Shown piece by piece: positions 18,120 through 27,468 of a stretch of 64,000 bases of DNA. The translations under genes and the position numbers were made by a program. The stretch lies in NCBI RefSeq assembly GCF_050250835.1, contig NZ_JBFWNX010000019.1:6549-70548 (forward strand), given 5' to 3'. Each line of letters starts with the position of its first letter. Position 1 is the first letter of the stretch. This DNA comes from Hydrogenophaga sp. (GTDB lineage: Bacteria; Pseudomonadota; Gammaproteobacteria; Burkholderiales; Burkholderiaceae_C). The notes below the pieces were generated by a model. The model had not been told where the DNA came from and ran no database searches. It was given only the letters and a program-made list of their open reading frames with translations.

Positions 18120-18337
18120 GCGCGGTCGAACTGATCTCGATGCTCACCTGTCCCCATTGCGGACACGGCAAAACCGAAACCATGCCCATCGATGCCTGCC
18201 AATGGTTCTACGAATGCGAACAGTGTCATGAGGTGCTCAAGCCCCTGCCCGGCGACTGCTGCGTGTACTGCTCCTATGGTTCGGTTCCCTGCCCGCCGAT
18301 ACAGGCCAATACCGATGGTTGCTGCAACGGCGCTTGA
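18116..18337 (+). CDS. GDCCVxC domain Cys-rich protein
   Basis: CPHC, C..FYEC..C, GDCCVYCSYGSVPCPP. Confidence 0.85.
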   Translation: MSAVELISMLTCPHCGHGKTETMPIDACQWFYECEQCHEVLKPLPGDCCVYCSYGSVPCPPIQANTDGCCNGA

Positions 18338-18393
18338 TCGGCATCAACAACCGATTGCCACAGAGCCGGTGTCACCCGCCTAGAATCCCGAAC

Positions 18394-18750
18394 ATGCGTT
18401 TCCTTCTCGCCCTGCTGCTGTGCCTGGCCATTCCCTTGCAGGGATGGGCTGCAGGCCGGGGTGAGCCAGCACCGTGCCCGATGGCGGCCACGATGGCGAT
18501 GCATGCGTCAGCAGGCCATGGCGACATGCCTGTTGCATCCGGCGACTGTTGCAACGACGCCGCCACCGCCGCCTTGACCGGCAAGCTCTGCAAGACCGGG
18601 CAAGAATGCCAAACGCCCACCGGTGGGTTCGTGGCCCCGGCCCAGGCCGCCGTGTACCCCTTGCCAGCGGCCGCTGTTCCAGCGTTCTTCACCTCTGCTC
18701 CTTCATTGGGCGCCTCCGCCAGCGTCTGGCGCCCTCCCACCCTTCTCTGA
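18394..18750 (+). CDS. Exported Cys/Met/His-rich protein (CopL/DUF2946-like) ending in WRPP
   Basis: Signal-like N-terminus, PCPM, CCND, CKTGQEC, C-terminal VWRPPTLL. Confidence 0.65.
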   Translation: MRFLLALLLCLAIPLQGWAAGRGEPAPCPMAATMAMHASAGHGDMPVASGDCCNDAATAALTGKLCKTGQECQTPTGGFVAPAQAAVYPLPAAAVPAFFTSAPSLGASASVWRPPTLL

Positions 18751-18852
18751 CTCCGTTGATCCGGACCGTGCGCCGCCATGCGGCGCCGTCTGCGTCGTGG
18801 CCGCGTGCATGTTGCTGCAGGCGGCCGGGTTCATTCCTCATGGAGCAGAGAC

Positions 18853-20220
18853 ATGCCATCCCCTTTTGCGGCCGCAGGCCGCACCGTGTATCCGGTCGTT
18901 CGCGGTCGGCGCTCGAAATCACCCTTCATCCCGCTGGCCGTTGCGCTCTGCCTGGCCGCACCCGGCTGGGCATCGGGCGCTGAACCCCTGAGCCTGCAGG
19001 CCGCCGTGCACGCGGCACAGGTGCGCTCCCAGGCACTGAGCGCGCAGGACGCTGCGGCCCGCTCGGCACGCGAAGCCGCCGTGGCAGCGGGTCAGCGCCC
19101 GGACCCGGTGCTGCGGTTCTCGATCAACAGCTTGCCCATCGAAGGCGACAACCGCTTCAGCACATCGGCCGAGCCCATGACCAGCAAGGCCGTCTCTTTG
19201 ATGCAAGCGTTCCCCGCCGAGAGCAAGCGCCAGGCTCGTTCGCAGCGCCTGGAGCGCGAAGCCGAGGTAGCCCTGGCCACGCGGGCGGTGCGCGCGGCCA
19301 ACCTGCGGCGAGACACGGCCATCGCCTGGTTTGAACGGCAAGCGCAGGAGAAGCGCGTCGCCCTGCTGCGGGCGCAGCTGAACGAAAACCGCCTGCAGCT
19401 CCAGGCCGCCGAAGCGGCCACCCGCGGCGCTCTGCCCGCTGGCGCCAACAGCGCCTCGGTGGACTGGCTGAATGCGCGCGACGCGGTCGCCCAGGCGCAG
19501 CAAGCCCTGCTGGGCGCTGAGGCCAGCCTGGTCAACGCACGCCAGGCGCTGGCCCGCTGGACGGGTGAGACGCCCGACCGGCCCTTGGGTGATGCGCCCG
19601 CGCTGGCGCCCTTGGCACTGTCGGCCACGGGCTTCGCGCCCCACCTGCAGCAACACCCGGACCTGGCCTTGGCGAGCGCGCGCCTGGCCGCCGCCGAGGC
19701 CGACGCCGAGCTGGCCCGACAGGATCGCCAGCCCGACTGGAGCGGCGAGCTGATGTTCAGCCACCGCCGCCCGCGCTTCGACAACATGGTTTCGCTCGCG
19801 GTGTCGGTGCCGCTGCAATGGGACCGTGCGCAGCGCCAGGACCGTGTGCTGGCCGCGCGCCTGGCGCGCGTGGACGAACTGCAGGCCGAGCGCGAAGAGC
19901 GCTCGCGCGGGGCGCTCGCCGAGACCGAGCGCTGGCTGGCGGCCTTGCAGGCCGGTCTGGAGCAATCGGCACTGATCGACAGCGCGCGTTTGCCATTGGC
20001 GCGCCAGCGCGTGGACCTGGCGCAGGCGGCCTACCGCGGCGGCAACGCCCGGCTGGGCGATGTACTCGCGGCGCGCCGCATGGCCCTGGCCCTGGAGATG
20101 GAGCGCGTCGACTTGCAGCTCTCGACCGCGCGCCTGTGGGCCCGGCTCGAATACCTCCTGCCTGTCGCTTCACCCCCAGGTGCTGCACCCGTCGACCCGA
20201 CCGCCACCACAAAGGAATGA
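18853..20220 (+). CDS. cusC: Outer-membrane factor of heavy-metal RND efflux (CusC/TolC)
   Basis: GGAG SD, PDP.LRF, helical OMF repeats, first gene of the C-B-A cluster. Confidence 0.85.
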   Translation: MPSPFAAAGRTVYPVVRGRRSKSPFIPLAVALCLAAPGWASGAEPLSLQAAVHAAQVRSQALSAQDAAARSAREAAVAAGQRPDPVLRFSINSLPIEGDNRFSTSAEPMTSKAVSLMQAFPAESKRQARSQRLEREAEVALATRAVRAANLRRDTAIAWFERQAQEKRVALLRAQLNENRLQLQAAEAATRGALPAGANSASVDWLNARDAVAQAQQALLGAEASLVNARQALARWTGETPDRPLGDAPALAPLALSATGFAPHLQQHPDLALASARLAAAEADAELARQDRQPDWSGELMFSHRRPRFDNMVSLAVSVPLQWDRAQRQDRVLAARLARVDELQAEREERSRGALAETERWLAALQAGLEQSALIDSARLPLARQRVDLAQAAYRGGNARLGDVLAARRMALALEMERVDLQLSTARLWARLEYLLPVASPPGAAPVDPTATTKE

Positions 20221-20224
20221 CACC

Positions 20225-21892
20225 ATGAAAACATCCACCTGGATCGGGCTGACGGCTGTCGCCCTGGCCACCTTGACCGCCGTCGGCTACGGCGCCTGGA
20301 CCGTTGGCATGAATGCCGGCATGTCCATGGCAACACCCCAGGGAGCACCCGCCGACGCCGGCGCGGCCACCCCTTCCACACAAGACCCCAGCGGCTGGAC
20401 GATCACGCAAGGCTTCGAGGCCACCGAACGCCACATGCGCGAGGGCCTCAAGGCCGGGGATGTGGACCCGATGACGGGGCTGAAAATCCTGAATTACCAC
20501 GACCCCATGGTCCCAGGCAAGAACTTCGACGCGCCGGGCAAATCACCCTTCATGGACATGCTGCTGGTGCCCCGCTACGCCGGCGGCGGTGCTGCCGACA
20601 CCGGTGGCGTCAGCGTGAGTGCCCGCGTGCAACAAAACCTCGGGCTGCGCACGGTGGCAGTGACCGAAGGCCAGCTCGACAGCGCGGTGTCGGTGGTCGG
20701 CAACGTGGCCTGGAACGAACGCGACCAGGTGCTGGTCAGCGCTCGGGCGCTGGGTTTTGTCGAACGCCTGCACGTGCGCGCCGCGCAGGACCGGGTTGCA
20801 AAGGGTGCACCATTGGCCGACATCTACGTGCCCAGCTGGGTGGCGGCGCAGGAAGAGTATCTGGCCGTGGCCCGCATGGCCGAACAAGACCCCCAGTTGG
20901 TGTCCCTGCGCGATGCCGCTGCACAGCGCATGCGCCAGGCGGGCATGAGCCCGGTGCAGATTGATCGTGTGGTGAACAGCGGCAGCCTGCAGCCCCGTTT
21001 CACGCTGACCGCACCCCTGGATGGCGTCGTCACGGAACTGATGGTGAGCGAAGGCGCAACCGTGATGCCAGGCATGGCCCTGCTGCGGCTGCAGGGCACG
21101 GGCACCGTCTGGGCCGAAGGCCAGGTGCCCGAGAGCCAGGCCGCCCAGCTCACCACCGGCGCATCCGTCAGCGCCACCAGCCCGGCCGCCCCAGGCCAGA
21201 CCTTCACCGGGCGCCTGCAGGCGCTGCTGCCCTCGGTCGACCCGGCCACACGCACGATCAAGGCACGGCTGGAACTCGCCAATCCCCAGGGCCGGCTGGT
21301 GCCGGGCATGTTTGTGCAGATGCGCTTCGCCAACCCCGATGCGAGGCAGGTTTTGCTGCTGCCCAGCGACGCGGTGATCCACACCGGACAGCGCAGCGTG
21401 GTGATGCTGGCTGAAGGTGACGGCCGTTTCTCGCCGGTCGAAGTGCGCACCGGTCGCGAAGCGGGCGATCAGACCGAGATTCTGCAAGGTCTGCAGTTGG
21501 GGCAAAAGGTGGTGCGTTCGGGCCAGTTCCTGATCGACTCCGAAGCCAGCCTCAACGGCTTTCTGGCGCGGCTGAGCCCTCCGACAGAAGCTGCGATGGA
21601 CAAAGCGGCAGCGATGCCCGAGAAGGCTGGCGCCGTATCGCCAACCGCGCACCAGACGCCCGCCAAAGTCAAGGCGGTCGATGGCGACACCGTCACGCTG
21701 AATCACCCGGCCATACCGGCGCTCAAATGGCCGGCCATGACCATGGATTTCCGGTTGCCACCAGCAGACCAGCGGCCGAAGCATCTGTCGGCAGGCCAGT
21801 CGGTCCAGATCGAATTTGAGATGCGCGACGGTGACGTGCCGCAGATCACGCGCATCGAACCCCGCACCGCAGCCACCGGAGCGAAACGATGA
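20225..21892 (+). CDS. cusB: Membrane fusion protein CusB with C-terminal CusF-like domain
   Basis: YHDPM..KSPFMDM motif, MFP core, C-terminal VTLNH...[10 protein letters not shown]. Confidence 0.88.
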   Translation: MKTSTWIGLTAVALATLTAVGYGAWTVGMNAGMSMATPQGAPADAGAATPSTQDPSGWTITQGFEATERHMREGLKAGDVDPMTGLKILNYHDPMVPGKNFDAPGKSPFMDMLLVPRYAGGGAADTGGVSVSARVQQNLGLRTVAVTEGQLDSAVSVVGNVAWNERDQVLVSARALGFVERLHVRAAQDRVAKGAPLADIYVPSWVAAQEEYLAVARMAEQDPQLVSLRDAAAQRMRQAGMSPVQIDRVVNSGSLQPRFTLTAPLDGVVTELMVSEGATVMPGMALLRLQGTGTVWAEGQVPESQAAQLTTGASVSATSPAAPGQTFTGRLQALLPSVDPATRTIKARLELANPQGRLVPGMFVQMRFANPDARQVLLLPSDAVIHTGQRSVVMLAEGDGRFSPVEVRTGREAGDQTEILQGLQLGQKVVRSGQFLIDSEASLNGFLARLSPPTEAAMDKAAAMPEKAGAVSPTAHQTPAKVKAVDGDTVTLNHPAIPALKWPAMTMDFRLPPADQRPKHLSAGQSVQIEFEMRDGDVPQITRIEPRTAATGAKR

Positions 21893-24800
21893 TCGCGCGC
21901 CTGATCCACTGGAGCATCGCCAACCGCTTCCTGGTTCTGATGGCCACGGTGATGATCACCGCCTGGGGCGTGGTGTCGATGCTGCGCACGCCTCTGGATG
22001 CGCTGCCCGACCTGTCGGACACCCAGGTCATCATCCGCACCAGTTGGCCCGGGCAGGCGCCGCAGCTGGTGGAAAACCAGGTCACCTACCCACTGACCAC
22101 CACCATGCTCTCGGTGCCCGGCGCCAAGGCGGTGCGCGGGTTCTCGATGTTTGGGGACAGCTTTGTCTACGTGCTGTTCGACGACGGCGTGGACCTGTAC
22201 TGGGCGCGCTCGCGGGTGCTCGAATACCTGAACCAGGTGCAGTCCCGGCTGCCGGCCACGGCCAAATCGTCACTCGGCCCCGACGCCACAGGCGTGGGCT
22301 GGATCTACCAGTACGCGCTGATCGACCGCAGCGGGCGGCAGGACCTGGCCCAGCTGCGCTCGCTGCAGGACTGGTTCCTGCGCTTCGAACTCAAGACGGT
22401 GCCCGACGTGGCCGAGGTCGCCAGCATCGGCGGCATGGTGCGCCAGCACCAGATCGTGCTCGACCCAGACAAACTGGCGACCTACGGCATCACGCAGCAG
22501 ATGGTGGGTGATGCCGTGGCGCGCGGCAACCAGGAGGCCGGCGGCTCGGTGCTGGAGCTTGGCGAGGCCGAATACGCGGTGCGTGCCAACGGCTACCTGA
22601 AAACCCTGGACGACTTCCGGGCGCTGCCGCTGAAGACCACCGACGCCGGTGTGTCGGTGCGGCTGGGCGACGTGGCGCGCGTGCAGATCGGGCCCGAAAT
22701 GCGGCGCGGCATCGGTGAGCTCAATGGCGAAGGCGAAGCGGTCGGCGGGGTGGTGGTCATGCGTTCGGGCAAGAACGCTTTGCAGACCATTGAAGCGGTC
22801 AAGGTTCGGCTGGCCGAATTGCAGCGTGGCCTGCCCGAGGGGGTGGAAATCGTGCCCGTGTATGACCGCTCTGGCCTGATTCAGCGCGCTGCCAACAACC
22901 TGGGCATCAAGCTGCTGGAGGAGTTTGGTGTGGTCGCCCTGGTGTGCGCGCTGTTCCTGTTTCACCTGCGCAGCGCCCTGGTGGCCATCGTTTCGCTGCC
23001 GCTGGGCATTCTGGTGGCCTTCATCGTGATGCAGCAGCAGGGCGTGAACGCCAACATCATGTCGCTCGGCGGCATCGCCATCGCCATTGGCGCCATGGTG
23101 GACGCGGCGGTGGTGATGATCGAAAACGCCCACAAGCACCTGGAGCGCTGGGCGCACGAACACCCGGGCGAGACGCTCGAAGGCGAGCCGCGCTGGCAAG
23201 TGATCGGCCACGCGGCGGCGGAGGTCGGCCCCGCCTTGTTCTTCTCGCTGCTGATCATCACCCTGAGCTTCATCCCGGTGTTCACCCTGCAGGCGCAAGA
23301 GGGGCGGCTGTTTGCGCCACTGGCCTACACCAAGACCTACGCCATGGCGGCGGCCGCCGGTCTGGCGGTCACCTTGATTCCGGTGCTGATGGGTTACCTG
23401 GTGCGCGGCCGCATTCCCGAAGAGACCGCCAACCCGCTCAACCGCGGACTCATCGCGCTGTACCGGCCGGTGCTGGATGCCGTTCTCAAGGGGCCGAAGC
23501 GCACTCTGCTGGTGGCCGCCGTGCTGCTGGGTTTGAGCGTCTGGCCGCTACAGCACATCGGCGCCGAGTTCATGCCGCCGATGGACGAGGGCGACCTGCT
23601 CTACATGCCGACCGCGCTGCCCGGTCTGTCGGCAGCCAAGGCCACCGAACTGCTGCAACTGACCGACCGCCTGATCAAGACCGTGCCCGAGGTGGCCAGC
23701 GTGTACGGCAAGGCGGGCCGCGCCGACAGCGCCACCGACCCGGCACCGCTGGAGATGTTCGAGACCACGATCCAGTTCAAGCCGCGCGAGCAATGGCGCG
23801 CGGGCATGACACCAGACAAACTGGTGGACGAACTCGACCGCACCGTGCGCGTGCCCGGCCTGGCCAACATCTGGGTGCCACCGATCCGCAACCGCATCGA
23901 CATGCTCGCCACCGGGATCAAGAGCCCGGTGGGGGTGAAGGTGGCCGGCGCCGACCTCGCCACCATCAACCGCCTCACGCAGCAGATTGAAACGGTGGTC
24001 AAGGGCGTGCCCGGTGTCACCAGCGCGCTGGCCGAGCGCCTGAGCGGTGGGCGCTACATCGACGTCGACATCCGCCGCGACGAAGCGGCGCGTTACGGTC
24101 TGAACATCGCCGACGTGCAGGACGTGATCTCGGGTGCGGTGGGCGGCATGAACATCGGCGAGACCGTGGAAGGGCTGCAGCGTTATCCGATCAACCTGCG
24201 TTACCCGCGCGACGCGCGCGACTCGCTCGCAGCACTGCGCGAGCTGCCCATCGTCACACCGCGCGGCCAGCGTCTGGTGCTGGCCGACGTGGCGCGCCTG
24301 AGCATCGCCGACGGTCCACCCATGCTGCGCAGCGAAAACGCACGCCTGGCCGGGTTCGTCTATGTGGACATCCGCGACCGCGACCTGCGCGGCGCCGTGC
24401 TGGACATGCAAAAGGCAGTGGCTGAGCAGGTGAATTTGCCGGCTGGCTATTCGGTGTCGTGGTCGGGCCAGTTCGAGTTCCTGGAGCGCGCCAGCGCCCA
24501 GCTCAAGCTGGTGGTGCCGTTCACGCTGCTGGTGATCTTCCTGCTGCTCTACCTGACCTTCCGCCGCCTCGACGAAGCCCTGCTCATCATGGCCACGCTG
24601 CCCTTCGCCCTCATTGGCGGCATCTGGCTGCTCTGGACCCTGGGGCACAACCTGTCGGTGGCCAGCGTGGTCGGCTTCATCGCGCTGGCCGGCGTGGCGG
24701 CCGAGTTCGGCGTGATCATGCTGCTGTACCTGAAGCAGGCCTGGGCCGCGCGGCTGGCCAAAGGGCTGGACACCGACACCGACCTGCTCGACGCGATCCG

Positions 24801-25059
24801 CGAAGGCGCGGTATTGCGCGTGCGGCCCAAGGCGATGACGGTGGCGGTGATCGTGGCCGGCCTGCTGCCCCTGTTCTGGGGCGCGGGGGCGGGCAGCGAG
24901 GTGATGCAGCGCATCGCCGCACCGATGGTGGGCGGCATGCTCAGCGCACCGCTGCTGTCCATGCTGGTGGTGCCGGTGGTTTATCGTCTGATGCGCAGAC
25001 CCAAGCGACAAGTCCAGCTGGGTTTGACGACCCAGGGCACCCCAACGCCATCCAACTGA
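21889..25059 (+). CDS. cusA: Cu(I)/Ag(I) RND efflux pump CusA
   Basis: 1056 aa HME-RND; [19 protein letters not shown] Met positions; [12 protein letters not shown]. Confidence 0.93.
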   Translation: MIARLIHWSIANRFLVLMATVMITAWGVVSMLRTPLDALPDLSDTQVIIRTSWPGQAPQLVENQVTYPLTTTMLSVPGAKAVRGFSMFGDSFVYVLFDDGVDLYWARSRVLEYLNQVQSRLPATAKSSLGPDATGVGWIYQYALIDRSGRQDLAQLRSLQDWFLRFELKTVPDVAEVASIGGMVRQHQIVLDPDKLATYGITQQMVGDAVARGNQEAGGSVLELGEAEYAVRANGYLKTLDDFRALPLKTTDAGVSVRLGDVARVQIGPEMRRGIGELNGEGEAVGGVVVMRSGKNALQTIEAVKVRLAELQRGLPEGVEIVPVYDRSGLIQRAANNLGIKLLEEFGVVALVCALFLFHLRSALVAIVSLPLGILVAFIVMQQQGVNANIMSLGGIAIAIGAMVDAAVVMIENAHKHLERWAHEHPGETLEGEPRWQVIGHAAAEVGPALFFSLLIITLSFIPVFTLQAQEGRLFAPLAYTKTYAMAAAAGLAVTLIPVLMGYLVRGRIPEETANPLNRGLIALYRPVLDAVLKGPKRTLLVAAVLLGLSVWPLQHIGAEFMPPMDEGDLLYMPTALPGLSAAKATELLQLTDRLIKTVPEVASVYGKAGRADSATDPAPLEMFETTIQFKPREQWRAGMTPDKLVDELDRTVRVPGLANIWVPPIRNRIDMLATGIKSPVGVKVAGADLATINRLTQQIETVVKGVPGVTSALAERLSGGRYIDVDIRRDEAARYGLNIADVQDVISGAVGGMNIGETVEGLQRYPINLRYPRDARDSLAALRELPIVTPRGQRLVLADVARLSIADGPPMLRSENARLAGFVYVDIRDRDLRGAVLDMQKAVAEQVNLPAGYSVSWSGQFEFLERASAQLKLVVPFTLLVIFLLLYLTFRRLDEALLIMATLPFALIGGIWLLWTLGHNLSVASVVGFIALAGVAAEFGVIMLLYLKQAWAARLAKGLDTDTDLLDAIREGAVLRVRPKAMTVAVIVAGLLPLFWGAGAGSEVMQRIAAPMVGGMLSAPLLSMLVVPVVYRLMRRPKRQVQLGLTTQGTPTPSN

Positions 25060-25065
25060 CCCTTC

Positions 25066-27348
25066 ATGCAAGCCTCCGAACAACCCATCCTGCGCGACCT
25101 GGTCCTGGTCGGCGGTGGCCACAGCCACGTGGTCGTCTTGCGCATGCTGGCCATGCAGCCCGAGCCCGGCCTGCGCATCACGCTGATCTGCACCGACATC
25201 GACACGCCCTACTCCGGCATGCTGCCGGGCTATATCTCGGGCCACTACCGCTTTGACGATGTGCACATCGACCTGGGCCGCCTGGCGGCCTTCGCCGGGG
25301 CGCGCTTCATCCACGGCGAGGTGACAGGTCTGGACCGCGCCAACCAGCGCGTGCAGCTGCGTGACCGGCCTGCCGTGCCCTACGACCTGCTCTCCATCAA
25401 CACCGGCTCCACGCCCAACATGCGCCAGATCAAGGGCGCACAGGCGCACGCGGTGCCGGTCAAGCCCATCGCCCAGTTCAACCAGCGCTGGCTGCACCTG
25501 CTGGCGCGCGTGCGCGAGTTGCACCGCCGTTTCACGATCGCGGTCGTGGGCGGCGGTGCGGGCGGGGTGGAGCTGGTGCTGTCCATGCAGTACCGGCTGC
25601 GCAACGAGCTGCAGAAACTCGGCCGCAACCCCGACCTGCTGCACTTTGTGCTGCTCACGGCGGGCGACACCCTGCTGCCGACACACAACCCCGGGGTCCG
25701 TGCCCGATTTGTGCGCGTGCTCAAGGAGCGCCATGTGGCCGTGCACACCCGTGCGGAAGTGAATCAGGTCTCGCCCGGCTGCCTGCACACACAGGACGGC
25801 CGCACCTTCGACGCCGATGAAACGATGTGGGTCACCCAGGCCGGCGGACCGGCCTGGCTGCAAAGTACCGGCCTGGCGCTGGACGAACACGGCTTCATCC
25901 AGGTCAACGACCGGCTCCAGACGCTGGACGACCCGAAGATCTTCGCCGCGGGCGACGTGGCCTCGTTCAGCCGCCGTCCGCTGGAAAAGGCCGGTGTGTT
26001 CGCGGTGCGCATGGGCCCGCCGCTGGTGAAAAACCTGCGCCTGGCCTTGCGTGGCCAGCCGCTGGTGGTCTACCACCCTCAACGCAGCTGGCTGGCGCTG
26101 ATCTCCACCGGCGACCGCTACGCCGTGGCCTCGCGCGGCTGGCTCGGCTTTGCTGGCGCCTGGGTCTGGACCTGGAAGGACAGCATCGACCGCCGCTTCA
26201 TGCGCAAATTCACCGAGCTGCCCGCCATGGCGCCCGGTACCGCGGCATCGGCCGCACCGGCCAGCCTCGCGCTCAGCGCCGAAGAATCGCGCCAGGCCAT
26301 CTCGGCCATCGCCATGCGCTGCGGCGGCTGCGGCGCCAAGGTGGGTGCCAGCATCCTGAGCCGCGCGCTGGGCAGCCTGCAGCCGGTCGAGCGCGACGAC
26401 GTGCTGATCGGTCTGCACGCCCCCGACGACGCCGCCGTGGTGCGCGTGCCGCCGGGCAAGGCGATGGTGCACACGGTGGACTTCTTCCGCAGCTTCATCG
26501 ACGACCCCTACCTGTTCGGCAAGGTCGCGGCCAACCACGCCCTGGGCGACATCTTCGCCATGGGCGCCGAGCCCCAGTCCGCCACCGCCGTCGCCAACGT
26601 GCCGCCGGGCCTGGAAGCCAAGGTCGAAGACCTGCTGTTGCAGATGATGACCGGCGCGGTCGAGGTGCTCAACGCCGCCGGTTGCGCCCTGGTCGGCGGC
26701 CACACCGGCGAAGGCCGCGAGCTGGCACTGGGCTTCGCCATCAACGGCCTGATCGACGACAGCATGGAAGGCGTCCTGCGCAAGGGTGGCATGTTGCCCG
26801 GTGACGTGCTGCTGCTGACCAAACCCATCGGCACCGGCACCCTGTTCGCCGCCCACGCGCGGCATTTCCCCAAAGGCCGCTGGATCGATGCGGCGCTGAC
26901 ATCGATGGTCGTGTCCAACCAGGCCGGCGCTCAGATTCTGCGGGCGCACGGCGCCACCGCCTGCACCGACCTGACCGGCTTCGGCTTGCTCGGGCATCTG
27001 GTGGAAATGACGCGCCCCTCGGGCGTGGACGCCGAACTGCAGCTGAGCGCCCTGCCCTTGCTGGACGGCGCCGTGGAATGTGTGCAGGCCGGCATCGTCA
27101 GCTCGCTGCAGCCGGCCAATGTGCGGCTGCGCCGCGCCTTGCGCAACGCCGACGCCTTTGTGAACGACCCGCGCTACCCGCTGCTGTTCGACCCGCAGAC
27201 GGCCGGTGGACTGCTGGCCAGCGTGCCGGCCGACCGGGCGGCCGACTGCATCCGGGCCCTCAAGGCCGCGGGCTACCCGCAGACCGCCGCCATCGGCCGC
27301 ATCAGCGGTGCGTCGGACGCGCTGGAGCCCGTGGTGCTGACGCCCTGA
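25066..27348 (+). CDS. selD: FAD-dependent oxidoreductase-selenophosphate synthetase fusion
   Basis: N-terminal GGGHSH, YSGMLPG, GGGAGG; C-terminal RCGGCGAK, DDAAV, HTVDFF, ACTDLTGFGLLGH, DPQTAGGLL. Confidence 0.9.
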   Translation: MQASEQPILRDLVLVGGGHSHVVVLRMLAMQPEPGLRITLICTDIDTPYSGMLPGYISGHYRFDDVHIDLGRLAAFAGARFIHGEVTGLDRANQRVQLRDRPAVPYDLLSINTGSTPNMRQIKGAQAHAVPVKPIAQFNQRWLHLLARVRELHRRFTIAVVGGGAGGVELVLSMQYRLRNELQKLGRNPDLLHFVLLTAGDTLLPTHNPGVRARFVRVLKERHVAVHTRAEVNQVSPGCLHTQDGRTFDADETMWVTQAGGPAWLQSTGLALDEHGFIQVNDRLQTLDDPKIFAAGDVASFSRRPLEKAGVFAVRMGPPLVKNLRLALRGQPLVVYHPQRSWLALISTGDRYAVASRGWLGFAGAWVWTWKDSIDRRFMRKFTELPAMAPGTAASAAPASLALSAEESRQAISAIAMRCGGCGAKVGASILSRALGSLQPVERDDVLIGLHAPDDAAVVRVPPGKAMVHTVDFFRSFIDDPYLFGKVAANHALGDIFAMGAEPQSATAVANVPPGLEAKVEDLLLQMMTGAVEVLNAAGCALVGGHTGEGRELALGFAINGLIDDSMEGVLRKGGMLPGDVLLLTKPIGTGTLFAAHARHFPKGRWIDAALTSMVVSNQAGAQILRAHGATACTDLTGFGLLGHLVEMTRPSGVDAELQLSALPLLDGAVECVQAGIVSSLQPANVRLRRALRNADAFVNDPRYPLLFDPQTAGGLLASVPADRAADCIRALKAAGYPQTAAIGRISGASDALEPVVLTP

Positions 27349-27383
27349 CGCGCCGGCCCAGCGCCACGGTGATTGCAAGCAAC

Positions 27384-27411
27384 TGTAAGGACCCGGGACA
27401 TCGCAGCGACT
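27384..27411 (+). promoter_or_regulatory. ECF promoter variant A (TGTAAG-N17-CGACT) for the TVP38-reductase operon
   Basis: TGTAAG 27384-27389, CGACT 27407-27411. Confidence 0.8.
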
Positions 27412-27468
27412 GAGGTTCAAGTCGGCAGCACATCGTTGCCAGATTTCGCCCCCAAGAACCACGTCCCC

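Noticed and set aside
18355-18386. TTGCCA-N20-TAGAAT before the CopL-like gene as a MerR-type promoter
   Set aside because: No convincing dyad in the spacer
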